Source: an uncultured Chloroflexia bacterium (GTDB taxonomy: Bacteria > Chloroflexota > Limnocylindria > QHBO01). Taken from it: a stretch of DNA of 64,000 nucleotides. The translations under genes were made by a program, and so were the position numbers. Shown here piece by piece: positions 41,539-55,159 of the stretch; the stretch's first letter is position 1, and every line of letters starts with the position of its first letter. The notes below the pieces were generated by a model. It saw only the letters and a list, made by a program, of their open reading frames with translations, made no database searches and was not told the DNA's origin. The stretch covers positions 192,001-256,000 of the forward strand of contig CAWFCQ010000008.1 in NCBI GenBank assembly GCA_963814375.1, given 5' to 3'.

Positions 41539-41568
41539 TTGACGCTTCACCATGCCAGCGTGTAGGAT
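41539..41568 (+). promoter_or_regulatory. 16S rRNA promoter
   Basis: TTGACG-N18-TAGGAT, about 250 nt upstream of 16S. Confidence 0.65.
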
Positions 41569-41820
41569 TCGTCTTCGCGTCGGCGTAAGCCGGCCGATTC
41601 ATCACGAACGGCGGCCACGGGCCGCGCCGCGTGGAGAGTCCGAGTAGGCCTCAAGAGGAGTGCTCGAATCGAACGAAGCCGAACCCGCGTCCGCGGATGA
41701 GGCAGAGTGGCTTACCAGCTGAAGAGTGACAGGAATCCACACGAGTCAGCGGGACAACGTCGAACTCTAAACCGGTGGAGCAGCACCAGAACGTCTGGGG
41801 CAAGACCACTGGTTTCGTTT

Positions 41821-43329
<1,509 letters not shown>

Positions 43330-43505
43330 GGGAGATATGTGGAGCCGGTTCGCCGGATCCACCGATCCCAGGTCGATCGGCCAGCTCACCGCAAGGACCG
43401 GTGCTCGAGGGAGCATCGGTGAATGAGCTGGACGCCCTCGAAGTCAGACGACCTGATTCCCGCTGATAACGCGGATTCCTGTCACTCTTCAGCCGCCAAG
43501 CCGAA

Positions 43506-43540
43506 GGCCGCCCTTTCGTTGGGGCGGCCTTTTCGTTTCT
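43506..43540 (+). terminator. Intrinsic terminator closing the 16S transcript
   Basis: GGCCGCCC...GGGCGGCC stem followed by TTTTCGTTT. Confidence 0.75.
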
Positions 43541-43592
43541 CAGAGCGGCTCGGCCCAGGGAACGTCCGTGGTCGACCGTCGGTGGCGGCGGG

Positions 43593-43778
43593 TCAGAGCA
43601 CCCCGATCCAGCGCACCACCGCGTAGACAACCACGGCGACGAGAATCGCGCCGACGATCCAGGTGCCACTACGGCGGGCGTTCTCGCTCACGGGCTGCCC
43701 GTAGGGATTGTCGACCCGCTGCCGGCTTTCCTCCCGCCGGGCATCGTTCTCGTGCCAGTCCTGCGGCGTCATCGTCAT
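43593..43778 (-). CDS. Small single-pass membrane hypothetical protein
   Basis: 61-aa ORF with a C-terminal TM helix. Confidence 0.6.
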   Translation of the reverse strand: MTMTPQDWHENDARREESRQRVDNPYGQPVSENARRSGTWIVGAILVAVVVYAVVRWIGVL

Positions 43779-43867
43779 GTCCCGAGCATACGACTCCGGT
43801 TCCGTCCCCATCGGCCGATCGGCTTGCGCGCCCGGTGATTCCCCGTGCTACGATGCCGCCTCCCGAG

Positions 43868-43944
43868 GGGCGTTTAGCTCAGCTGGTTAGAGCACTGCCC
43901 TGATAAGGCAGAGGTCTCTGGTTCGAGTCCAGAAACGCCCACCA
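43868..43944 (+). tRNA. tRNA-Ile(GAT)
   Basis: CTGCC-CTGATAA-GGCAG anticodon arm, CCA; own TGCTACGAT extended -10 at 43846-43854. Confidence 0.96.
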
Positions 43945-43973
43945 CCTCACCTCCCTCGACCGATGGAGCGCCC

Positions 43974-44774
43974 GTGTCCTCAGACCCGGCCGGCACCGAG
44001 CCGATGACCGACGCGCGCCCGATGGGAGTCCTGGACGCACCGAACGACGGCCGCGCGCTGCACGCGACCATCAACGGCGTCGTCTATGCGCGGCATCCGG
44101 TTCGGACCCATCTCGTCACCGCCGCCGACGACGCCGCGCAGGTGGTCGGTCGCTACGCAGGCGCGCTCGGGGACGACGTGCGCCTTGTCGCGGTCAGCGA
44201 GCGCATGGTCGCGATCACGCAGGGCCGTTCCTATCCGATCGATGAGATCCAGCCGGGGCGGCTGGCGAGGTTCCTCGAGCGGTATGTGACGCGGCCCGGC
44301 TACGGCATCGGCCTGGGATCGGCGCAGACGATGCAGCTGGCGATCGACGAGGTCGGCGCGCCGAGGATCCTTCTGGCCGCCGCGGCATCGGCGGTGACGA
44401 AGCCCTTCGGCGTCCACGGCGTCTTCTACCGCGTGGCAGGACCGCAGGCGAAGGCGATCGACGGCCCGACGTCGTACACCATCCCGCCGTACAACAAGGC
44501 CGCCACGCTCGGGCCGAGCAGGCCCGACGACGCGGCGCGCGGCCTGGCTGCCGCGGTCGGCATTCCGGTTGCGATCATCGACGCCAACGACGCCGGCTGC
44601 GCGGTGCTCGGCGCCAGCCCGGGCGTCGATCGTCGCTTCGTCGCCCGTCTCTTCGCCGACAACCCGCTCGGACAGGCGCGGGAGCAGACCCCCATGTGCG
44701 TCGTGCGCGAGGTCGCCTGGCCGCCAGACCAGGATCTTCCCCCCGAGCCTCGTCGTCGGCTGACCCCACCCTAG
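43974..44774 (+). CDS. Coenzyme F420-0:L-glutamate ligase (CofE)-like domain protein
   Basis: VRTHLV, VSERMVAITQGR, AIDG, IIDAND and DNPLGQ..EQTP pattern of short F420_ligase-family proteins (recognised from memory). Confidence 0.6.
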   Translation: MSSDPAGTEPMTDARPMGVLDAPNDGRALHATINGVVYARHPVRTHLVTAADDAAQVVGRYAGALGDDVRLVAVSERMVAITQGRSYPIDEIQPGRLARFLERYVTRPGYGIGLGSAQTMQLAIDEVGAPRILLAAAASAVTKPFGVHGVFYRVAGPQAKAIDGPTSYTIPPYNKAATLGPSRPDDAARGLAAAVGIPVAIIDANDAGCAVLGASPGVDRRFVARLFADNPLGQAREQTPMCVVREVAWPPDQDLPPEPRRRLTPP

Positions 44775-44785
44775 GCGGTGCATCC

Positions 44786-45646
44786 GTGGCCAGCCCGACT
44801 GCTCGCCAGCTCATCCTGACGCTCTCGTGCCCCGATGGGCGAGGGATCGTGGCGCGAGTCGCGGGCCTCATTGCGGCCGGCGATGGAAACATCATCGACA
44901 GCCACCAGTTCGGCGATCCTGACGCGGGCCGGTTCTTCATGCGAATCCACTTCGACGCCGCCGGGCGGCCGCTGGAGGAGTGGCGCGCCACACTCGCGCC
45001 GCTGGCCGTCGAGCTCGAGATGACGTGGGAGCTCCATGACGTCGCCGTTCGCCCCCGCGTCCTGGTGCTGGTCTCGCGCGAGGGCCACTGCCTTAACGAC
45101 CTCCTCTACCGCTGGCGGACCGGGTCCATCGCCGGCGACGTCGTCGGGGTCGCGTCGCCGTACGCCGACTTCGCTGAGCTGGCGGCTGCCTACGGTGTGC
45201 CCTGGCACACGCTCCCCGGAACTGGCGCCGCGCGGGGCGAGCTCGACCGTGCGCTCCTCGACCTCGTGGACCAGGATGCCGTGGATCTCGTCGTCCTCGC
45301 CCGCTTCATGCAGGTGCTCGGCGACGAGGCGTGTGCCGCACTCGCCGGGAGAGCGATCAACATCCACCACTCGTTCCTGCCGTCGTTCAAGGGGGCCAGG
45401 CCGTATCGCCAGGCGCACGACCGCGGCGTGAAGCTCATCGGTGCCACCGCGCATTACGTGACCGAGGAGCTCGACGAAGGCCCGATCATCGAGCAGGAGG
45501 TGGCGCGGGTCGATCACGCGCACAGCGTCGCCGAGATGGCGCACAACGGCCGTGATGTCGAATGCGTCGCGTTAGCACGCGCGGTTCGCTGGCACGTCGA
45601 GCACCGCGTCCTGCTCCATGGGCGGCGCACCGTCGTCTTTCGCTGA
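44786..45646 (+). CDS. purU: Formyltetrahydrofolate deformylase
   Basis: ACT domain CPD..GIVA; HCLNDLL, INIHHSFLPSFKGARPY and GATAHYVT motifs. Confidence 0.96.
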   Translation: MASPTARQLILTLSCPDGRGIVARVAGLIAAGDGNIIDSHQFGDPDAGRFFMRIHFDAAGRPLEEWRATLAPLAVELEMTWELHDVAVRPRVLVLVSREGHCLNDLLYRWRTGSIAGDVVGVASPYADFAELAAAYGVPWHTLPGTGAARGELDRALLDLVDQDAVDLVVLARFMQVLGDEACAALAGRAINIHHSFLPSFKGARPYRQAHDRGVKLIGATAHYVTEELDEGPIIEQEVARVDHAHSVAEMAHNGRDVECVALARAVRWHVEHRVLLHGRRTVVFR

Positions 45647-45654
45647 CCAGCCGC

Positions 45655-46983
45655 TCAGGCCGGGTCGATAACCGAGAACAGCTGCCACGATCCGTCGAAG
45701 CCCTTCAGGGTCCTCCGGCCCACATCGGCGAAGGTGATGCCCGATCCGGCCACGAGGTCGCGCACCGTGCTCGAGACCAGGATCTCGCCCGCAGCCGCCT
45801 CGCCGGCAACTCGCGCGCCGATGTTGACGGCGATGCCGGCGACCTTGTCGCCGAGGACCTCGACCTCGCCGGTGTGCAGGCCGGCCCGCAGCCCGAGGCC
45901 GAGGTCCGCGACACCGGCCATGATGGCCCGCGCGCAGCGGATGGCTCGGGCCGGGCCGTCGAAGGTGGCGAAGAACCCGTCCCCCGCGGTATCCACCTCG
46001 CGACCGTCGAACCGGGTCAGCTCTCGTCGAATCGCTGTGTGATGCTGCTCGAGGAGGTCGCGCCAGCGGCGATCGCCCAGCGACGCCGCCATCTCGCTCG
46101 ACGTCACCAGGTCGGTGAACAGGATCGTCACGAGCACGCGATCGGGGCTGGCGGTCTCGCGCGTGCCGGTGAGGAACTCGCGGATCTCGGCGACGGTCGG
46201 CTCCGGGTCGAACCACGGAACGTGATCGGACCCGGGCAGCTCGACGTAGCGCGCGCCCGGGATGTGGCGTGCCAGGTACCGGCCGTTCTCGACGTGGCAG
46301 ACGCGGTCATCGGCGGCATGGATGACGAGGGTCGGGACGTTGACGGTGGGCACGACATCACGCACGTCGATCTCGAATGCCATGCGCATGAACGCCTCGG
46401 CCGCGCTGGGGGTCGCCGCGTTGAGCTGCACTTTGGCCCGCCAGGCGCGGGCCCACTCGAGGCCATTCACGCTCGGCGCGATCTGCCAGATCCCGGTCCC
46501 GCCACCCCAGCGGCCGGCAAGGCCGGCCATGTTCGCCTCGTGCTCCTCGACGGTGGCCTCGCCCCAGGGCCACTCCTCGTCGGTGCGCTCGCGCACCTCC
46601 CCGCCCTGAAGGATCAGCGCCGACGTGCGCTCCGGATGCGCGGCCGCGAAGAGAAGCGCCAGCGGCCCGCCCTCGGACTCCCCGATGATGGCGGCGCGCT
46701 CGCTGCCGACCGCATCCATGATCGCGCGGATGTCGTCCATCCGATCCTCGAGCGTTGTGGCGCCCGGTACCCGATCCGACATGCCGTACCCGCGTTTGTC
46801 GAAGAGGATGAGCCGGGTGAACTCGGCCAGGCGCTCGCAGTAGTGACGGAAGGCGGGCAGCTCCCAGTACACGTCGAGGTGTGTATACGAGCCCTGCGCG
46901 TAGACGAGATCGATCGGTCCATCCCCCACGACGCGGTACGCCACGTTGACGTCGCCGCTGCGGGCGAAGCGAACCTCGGTCAC
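45655..46983 (-). CDS. Alpha/beta hydrolase-class III nucleotidyl cyclase fusion (LipJ-like)
   Basis: FDKRGYG and GESEGG hydrolase motifs; LFTDLV, AGDGFF, GLHTGE and AVNIGAR cyclase motifs. Confidence 0.9.
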   Translation of the reverse strand: MTEVRFARSGDVNVAYRVVGDGPIDLVYAQGSYTHLDVYWELPAFRHYCERLAEFTRLILFDKRGYGMSDRVPGATTLEDRMDDIRAIMDAVGSERAAIIGESEGGPLALLFAAAHPERTSALILQGGEVRERTDEEWPWGEATVEEHEANMAGLAGRWGGGTGIWQIAPSVNGLEWARAWRAKVQLNAATPSAAEAFMRMAFEIDVRDVVPTVNVPTLVIHAADDRVCHVENGRYLARHIPGARYVELPGSDHVPWFDPEPTVAEIREFLTGTRETASPDRVLVTILFTDLVTSSEMAASLGDRRWRDLLEQHHTAIRRELTRFDGREVDTAGDGFFATFDGPARAIRCARAIMAGVADLGLGLRAGLHTGEVEVLGDKVAGIAVNIGARVAGEAAAGEILVSSTVRDLVAGSGITFADVGRRTLKGFDGSWQLFSVIDPA

Positions 46984-47070
46984 GCGACGAGGGTCACGGT
47001 CGCATCGGAGGCTGTCAAGGCGCAGACGCGCTGGGCCGGATGCCCCGTTTGCTACGATGGGCGTTCCGGT

Positions 47071-47146
47071 GGGGATGTAGCTCAGCTGGGAGAGCACCTC
47101 CTTTGCAAGGAGGGGGTCAGGGGTTCGAGTCCCCTCATCTCCACCA
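47071..47146 (+). tRNA. tRNA-Ala(TGC)
   Basis: GGGGATG acceptor with G3:U70, TTTGCAA loop, CCA; own TGCTACGAT extended -10 at 47050-47058. Confidence 0.96.
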
Positions 47147-47398
47147 TCTCGATCCGCTCGCTTTCGCTGCGCGTCGGCGACCCAGCGTCGCGGCTGACCG
47201 CGGTTGCGTTCTCTGTGGACCCCGAACTGGGAAGGATTGCGACGCCGAACGGGGCTTGATATTCCTGACCGTCGTGGGTATCTCAGAAGACGTGCGCCAG
47301 ATGCAGGAGTCGACAACCGCGGCCGTATGGTCGGCTCGCCGAGAATAATCCCGCGATGGTTACCGATCCTGCGCGCTAGCTACCCGCCCGTGGTTCGG

Positions 47399-47427
47399 TT
47401 GACCGTGTTCGGGGCGGCTGGTAAAGT
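47399..47427 (+). promoter_or_regulatory. 23S-5S promoter
   Basis: TTGACC-N17-TAAAGT, about 215 nt upstream of 23S. Confidence 0.65.
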
Positions 47428-47643
47428 AGGCGGGCTCTCGCGGGGAGACCGCCGAAGGTCATCCTCGCGATCGTTGCGCACAAGCCCCAGAGACGACCTC
47501 GGTCTTTCCGACCGCGCGTCTCGGCGCCTGCGCGACGGGCCTTATCAATCGAAGAGTGGAAGCATCGATTTCGTCGAGGATTTTCCGACGCGACCGCAGA
47601 CGTTTGTCGCCGCCAGCACCGTGCTAGCCGCGTGAACGCTGTA

Positions 47644-50716
<3,073 letters not shown>

Positions 50717-50847
50717 TAGTTCACGCGACTAGCACGCTGCTGGATCGCGCTCGGAAGGTGGCCGCCGCGCCACCGTCCACGATGATTCGACGCTTCCACC
50801 CTTCGACGCGCCCGCTCAGCGGGCGTCGGTCGGCAATTGAAGATCTG

Positions 50848-50965
<118 letters not shown>

Positions 50966-51015
50966 TATTTCACGTAAATGCAAGCCCTGCCGGTTTCACC
51001 GGTGGGGCGCTTGCT

Positions 51016-51750
51016 ATGCTCCGGGCCGTGGATCGCGTCTGCCCACTGCTCGGCCTGGCCGGCGATCGTCGCACGGCCGTGGATGGGGTCGACGGGGCGC
51101 ACCGTTGCCACGCCGATGAACCGCCGACGCCGCTCGATCGGAACCTCCAGGCGCAGCTCTGCCTGACGCCCGCGCACGAGCGCTGCGAGCGCTACCTCCA
51201 GTACCTCACGCGGACTGGAACGATGACGCCGGGCCGATCGACGCTGGCCGACGGACTCATCTCGACGCGCATGCTGCTTGCCCCGCAACCGCCATGGCGC
51301 GGCCTGGCCGGCACGGCGCGACGGCCTCGGCCCGCACCGCTGGTCGCGACCGGCGGCGCCGTGGTCCTGCTCGGTGTCGCGGGCGTGGCGCTCGCCAGCG
51401 GGCTGCTGGGGCGCGAGCCAGGCGCAGTCGCGATGAGCGCGAGTCCCAACCCAACCGATGGACCCACGCCGCTCCAGACACCTTCGATCGCCCCCACGCC
51501 GTCGCCAACCGCGACCCCGTTACCCACGCCGAGTCCGACCCCGCTTGCGACACCCGCGCCGACGCCAACGCCTGTCCCAGCCACGCCGGTACCGACGCCC
51601 GTCCCGGCTCAGACCTATGTCGTCGTCGCCGGCGACAACCTCGCCCTGATCGCCGACCGATTCGGGACGACGGTGCAGGCGCTCATGGCGGCCAACGGGC
51701 TCGAGAATCCGAACGTCATCACCATCGGGCAGGTCCTGATCATCCCCTGA
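51016..51750 (+). CDS. LysM-domain membrane protein with N-terminal Cys/His motif and Pro/Thr linker
   Basis: CPLLG..HRC..C...H..C, TM helix, PTP repeats, C-terminal [14 protein letters not shown] LysM. Confidence 0.88.
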   Translation: MLRAVDRVCPLLGLAGDRRTAVDGVDGAHRCHADEPPTPLDRNLQAQLCLTPAHERCERYLQYLTRTGTMTPGRSTLADGLISTRMLLAPQPPWRGLAGTARRPRPAPLVATGGAVVLLGVAGVALASGLLGREPGAVAMSASPNPTDGPTPLQTPSIAPTPSPTATPLPTPSPTPLATPAPTPTPVPATPVPTPVPAQTYVVVAGDNLALIADRFGTTVQALMAANGLENPNVITIGQVLIIP

Positions 51751-51756
51751 GCGCCG

Positions 51757-52575
51757 TCAGAACGGCGGCTGGCAGGTCCGGCAGAACGTCGTCGCCTCGC
51801 GCCCTCCGATCTGGCGCAGCTCGCGACCGCAGCGCGGGCACGGCTCACCGCCGCGCAGATGGACCTTGAGGAACTCGCGATGCTGGGTCTGGATCTCGGG
51901 CGGCACGAGGCCGCGCAGCCGCTGCTGAGCATCGCCGAGGACCTCGCGCATCGCCACGTACAGCCGGCCGACATCGGCGTCGGAGATGGTGCTTCGCTTG
52001 CGAAAAGGCGCCAGCTGCGCCGTCCACAGGATCTCGTCGCTGTACGCATTGCCGATGCCCGCGACGAAGCGCGGGTTGCGCAGGAGCGGCTTCAGCTCAC
52101 CGGGGTGGCGGCGAATGCGCTGGCGGAAGAGGTCCAGCGTGAGCTCCGGATCGTCGGCGTCCGGCCCCATCTCGGGCCAGCCGGGGATGTCATCCATCCC
52201 ATCGGGGGCGACGAGGTACAGCTTGCCGAGCATCTCGCGGTCCACGTAGCGGAGGTCCTCTTCCCCGTCGAGGCCGATCTGGAGCCCGGTCCGCGCGCGG
52301 ACGCGCTCTCGGCTGGCGGTGATCCAGAATCGGCCGGCGAGCATCGGGTTGGCAGCCAGGATGCGATCGGGACGACCATCGCGCTCGAACGGCAGCATGA
52401 GGAACTTGCCGCGACGTCCAGCGGCGCCGATGACGCTGCCGACCAGCCCTTCCAGCTCCTCCGGCGTGGCCCGCACCAGAATCGGTGCCGGCGCGGCCAC
52501 GCGTAGGACGCGGCGGCCGACGATGCGTCGGCCCAGCTCCTCGGCCACGACCGTCAGATCAGGCAGCTCAGGCAC
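51757..52575 (-). CDS. Fpg/Nei family DNA glycosylase
   Basis: N-terminal PELP, RRGKF, AGIGNAYSDEIL H2TH and CPRC...CRTC Zn finger. Confidence 0.92.
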   Translation of the reverse strand: MPELPDLTVVAEELGRRIVGRRVLRVAAPAPILVRATPEELEGLVGSVIGAAGRRGKFLMLPFERDGRPDRILAANPMLAGRFWITASRERVRARTGLQIGLDGEEDLRYVDREMLGKLYLVAPDGMDDIPGWPEMGPDADDPELTLDLFRQRIRRHPGELKPLLRNPRFVAGIGNAYSDEILWTAQLAPFRKRSTISDADVGRLYVAMREVLGDAQQRLRGLVPPEIQTQHREFLKVHLRGGEPCPRCGRELRQIGGREATTFCRTCQPPF

Positions 52576-52802
52576 GGCGCGGGGACCCCATTGGAGCGTA
52601 TGGTATGCTCTCGCGGCCGTGTGGCAGACAACCCCATAAGTCCGCGCGTGAGCGCGTCGTTCCCTTCGGCATGCGTAAAGGAGCACCGAGTCGTCCTAAG
52701 AGACAGCAGGCAGCACCTGACAGCGACGAACGGTGATGAACGCCCTCCACGCGGAGGGCGTTGTTGCTGTCGCGGACTTCATCGACAGGAGCGTATGTTC
52801 AT

Positions 52803-54948
52803 TTGACCGAAGAGACGAAGCAGCCGACCACGCGCGGTGACGACGACACAGCCGTGACCGTCGCGGAGCAGCCGGAGGCGCCGATCGCCGAGGAGACCGA
52901 TACGGCAGAGACGCCGACGGCAGAGGCGATCGTTGACCAGGCCGTCGAGGCCCCACCCGCCGACGCAAGCGAGCCCAGTGCGCCGGAGCCAGCCGAGGCA
53001 CCGGAGGCCGCAGAGGCACCGCAGGCGGCAGAGGCACCGCTGGCGGCAGAGGCACCACAGGCCGCCGACGACGTGCAGGCCGAGGCACCGGCCACAGAAC
53101 CGGCTCAGCTCGAGGTCGGCGAGGCCGTCCCGACATCCACCGACGAATCCAGCGCCGATGCCGCGGCGGATCCCGTGACCCCGCCGGCTGACGTGGATGA
53201 GACGGTTGCGGTGCCCGTCGAGGCACCGGACGCCGAGGCTCCGGCTGCGACGTCCGAGTCCTCCGAGTCCTCCGAGGCAGACGCTTCGGAACCGGTCGCT
53301 GAGCCACTTCCCGAGCCCACGACGATGGCCGAGTTCCTCGACCACCCCGACCACGAAGTGAAGAGCCTGAAGCATGGCGACGTGGTCGAGGGCACCGTGG
53401 TTCGCATCGACCCGGACGAGATCCTCGTCGACTTCGGCGGCAAGAGCGAGGGCGTCGTCAGCAACCGCGAGCTCATGAACCGACGGGGCCCGCGCGACGG
53501 CGAAGAGAGCCGCCCGGAGATCCAGGTCGGCAGCGAGGTGCTCGTCTACGTCCTCCAGCCCGAGTCGCCTGAAGGCCACGCAGTCCTGTCGCTCCGTCGC
53601 GCCGGTCTCGAGCGCAAGTGGCGCTCGATGCAGGAGCGCTTCGACGCCGGCGAGATCGTCGAGGCCCGCGTCATCGACCACAACAAGGGCGGCCTCATCG
53701 TCGACCTCGGGGTGCGCGGCTTCGTGCCGATCAGCCAGATCGTCGACTTCCCACGCCGCCCGCGCGATGAGCAGCCACGGGACGCCGCGCAGGAGATCGC
53801 GGAGAAGCTCCAGCCGTTCGTCAACCGCACCCTTCGCCTCAAGATCCTCGAAGTCAATCGCAAGGCGAACCGGCTCATCCTCTCGGAGAAGGTCGCCCTC
53901 TACGAGGAGCGCCGCGAGAAGCGCGACGAGCTGTTCAGCAGCCTCGAGACCGGCCAGAAGGTCACGGGCGTCGTCCGCTCGATCGCGCCGTTCGGCGTCT
54001 TCGTCGACCTCGGCGGGATCGACGGTCTCGTGCACAAGAGCGAGCTCTCCTGGAACAAGGTCAACAATCCGGAGACCGCGTACCAGATCGGCGACGAGGT
54101 AGAGGCCGAGGTCATCGACATCAACCACGAGCGTGGCCGCATCAGCCTCTCCATCCGCCGCCTCCAGCCCGATCCGTGGCAGGAGTCGGTCGCGAAGTAC
54201 AAGATCGGCGACGTCATCGATGGAACGGTCACGAAGCTCGTGAACTTCGGCGCGTTCGTCCGCGTCGAGGAGGGGCTCGAGGGCCTGATCCACATCAGCG
54301 AGCTCTCCCACCAGCGCGTGGCTCACCCGGGCGACGTCGTCCAGGAGGGGCAGGAGGTGAAGCTGCGCATCATCAGCCTGGACTCGGAGCGCCATCGGCT
54401 CGGCCTCAGCCTCAAGCAGGCCGAGGACCGCCCGGCGCCGGCGCCGCGCGAGGAGCGTCCGCGACGCGACCGTGCGCCACGGCGCGATCGCTTCGAGTAT
54501 CGGCCGGAGGATGCGACAGCCGAGCCGGAGGGCGGCATCGACAACACGATGGCCGCTGCCTTTGCCAGCTCCGGGCTCCTCGACCAGTTCCGCTCTTCCG
54601 ACGAGGAGCCGGCCGCTCCCGCCGAGCCCTCCACCGCCGAGGCATCGACCGCCGTGGCCGATGAGACCGAGCAGGTGACCGACGAGGACGCGCCAGCCGC
54701 CGAGCCCGAGGCGACCGCGGAGGTAGCCGCCGAGCCGGAGGCGACCGCCGAGGCAGCCGCTGAGCCAGCGGCCGAGGCCGAGGCGACCGCCGAGGCAGCC
54801 GACGAGCCCGCCGACCGCCGAGGCAGCCGCCGAGCCCGAGCCCGCGCCAGCGGCTGAGGAGGCGACCGCAGAGGCAGCCGCCGAGCCAGCCGCCGCCGAG
54901 GCCGAGACGACCGCCGAGGCAGCGACCGAGGACGAGCCGAAGGCCTGA
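52803..54948 (+). CDS. rpsA: 30S ribosomal protein S1 (4 S1 domains) with long acidic N- and C-terminal extensions (frameshift near 54812)
   Basis: GDVVEGTV..KSEG, NKGGL..GFVP, FGVFVDLGGIDGLVH and FGAFV..EGLIHISE motifs; TTG start 11 nt after AGGAG. Confidence 0.92.
52992..53090 (+). repeat. Degenerate 18-nt tandem repeat (AEAPxA) in the S1 N-terminal tail
   Basis: GCAGAGGCACC core recurs at 18-nt spacing. Confidence 0.7.
54697..54925 (+). repeat. Degenerate ~30-nt tandem repeat (AEPEATAEAA) in the S1 C-terminal tail
   Basis: GAGGCGACCGCCGAGGCAGCC-like units repeated. Confidence 0.7.
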
Positions 54949-54984
54949 CCCGCGGCCATGTGGCCGCGCAACTGGCTGTCACGG

Positions 54985-55020
54985 ACAAGGGGAGCTGCCC
55001 TCGGGCGAGCTCCCCTCGTC
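54985..55020 (+). terminator. Hairpin after rpsA
   Basis: GGGGAGCT...AGCTCCCC stem without a strong U tail. Confidence 0.45.
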
Positions 55021-55159
55021 GCGTCTCCGGGCGGAACGATGATCGAAATCGTGCCGTCAACCGTATGAAAGGCACGGTACGAAAGGCGTGCCCGGCCGCA
55101 GCGGCCGGCCGCACAGGTGCCGTAAACTGCGAAGCAGACCACCACAGGGCCTGGCGACC

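Noticed and set aside
47147-47398. 250-nt gap between tRNA-Ala and the 23S promoter as an ncRNA
   Set aside because: No convincing structure, terminator or known motif was recognised.
54697-54925. Repeats as a CRISPR array
   Set aside because: The units are degenerate, codon-phased and lack unique spacers. They lie inside rpsA, and there are no cas genes.
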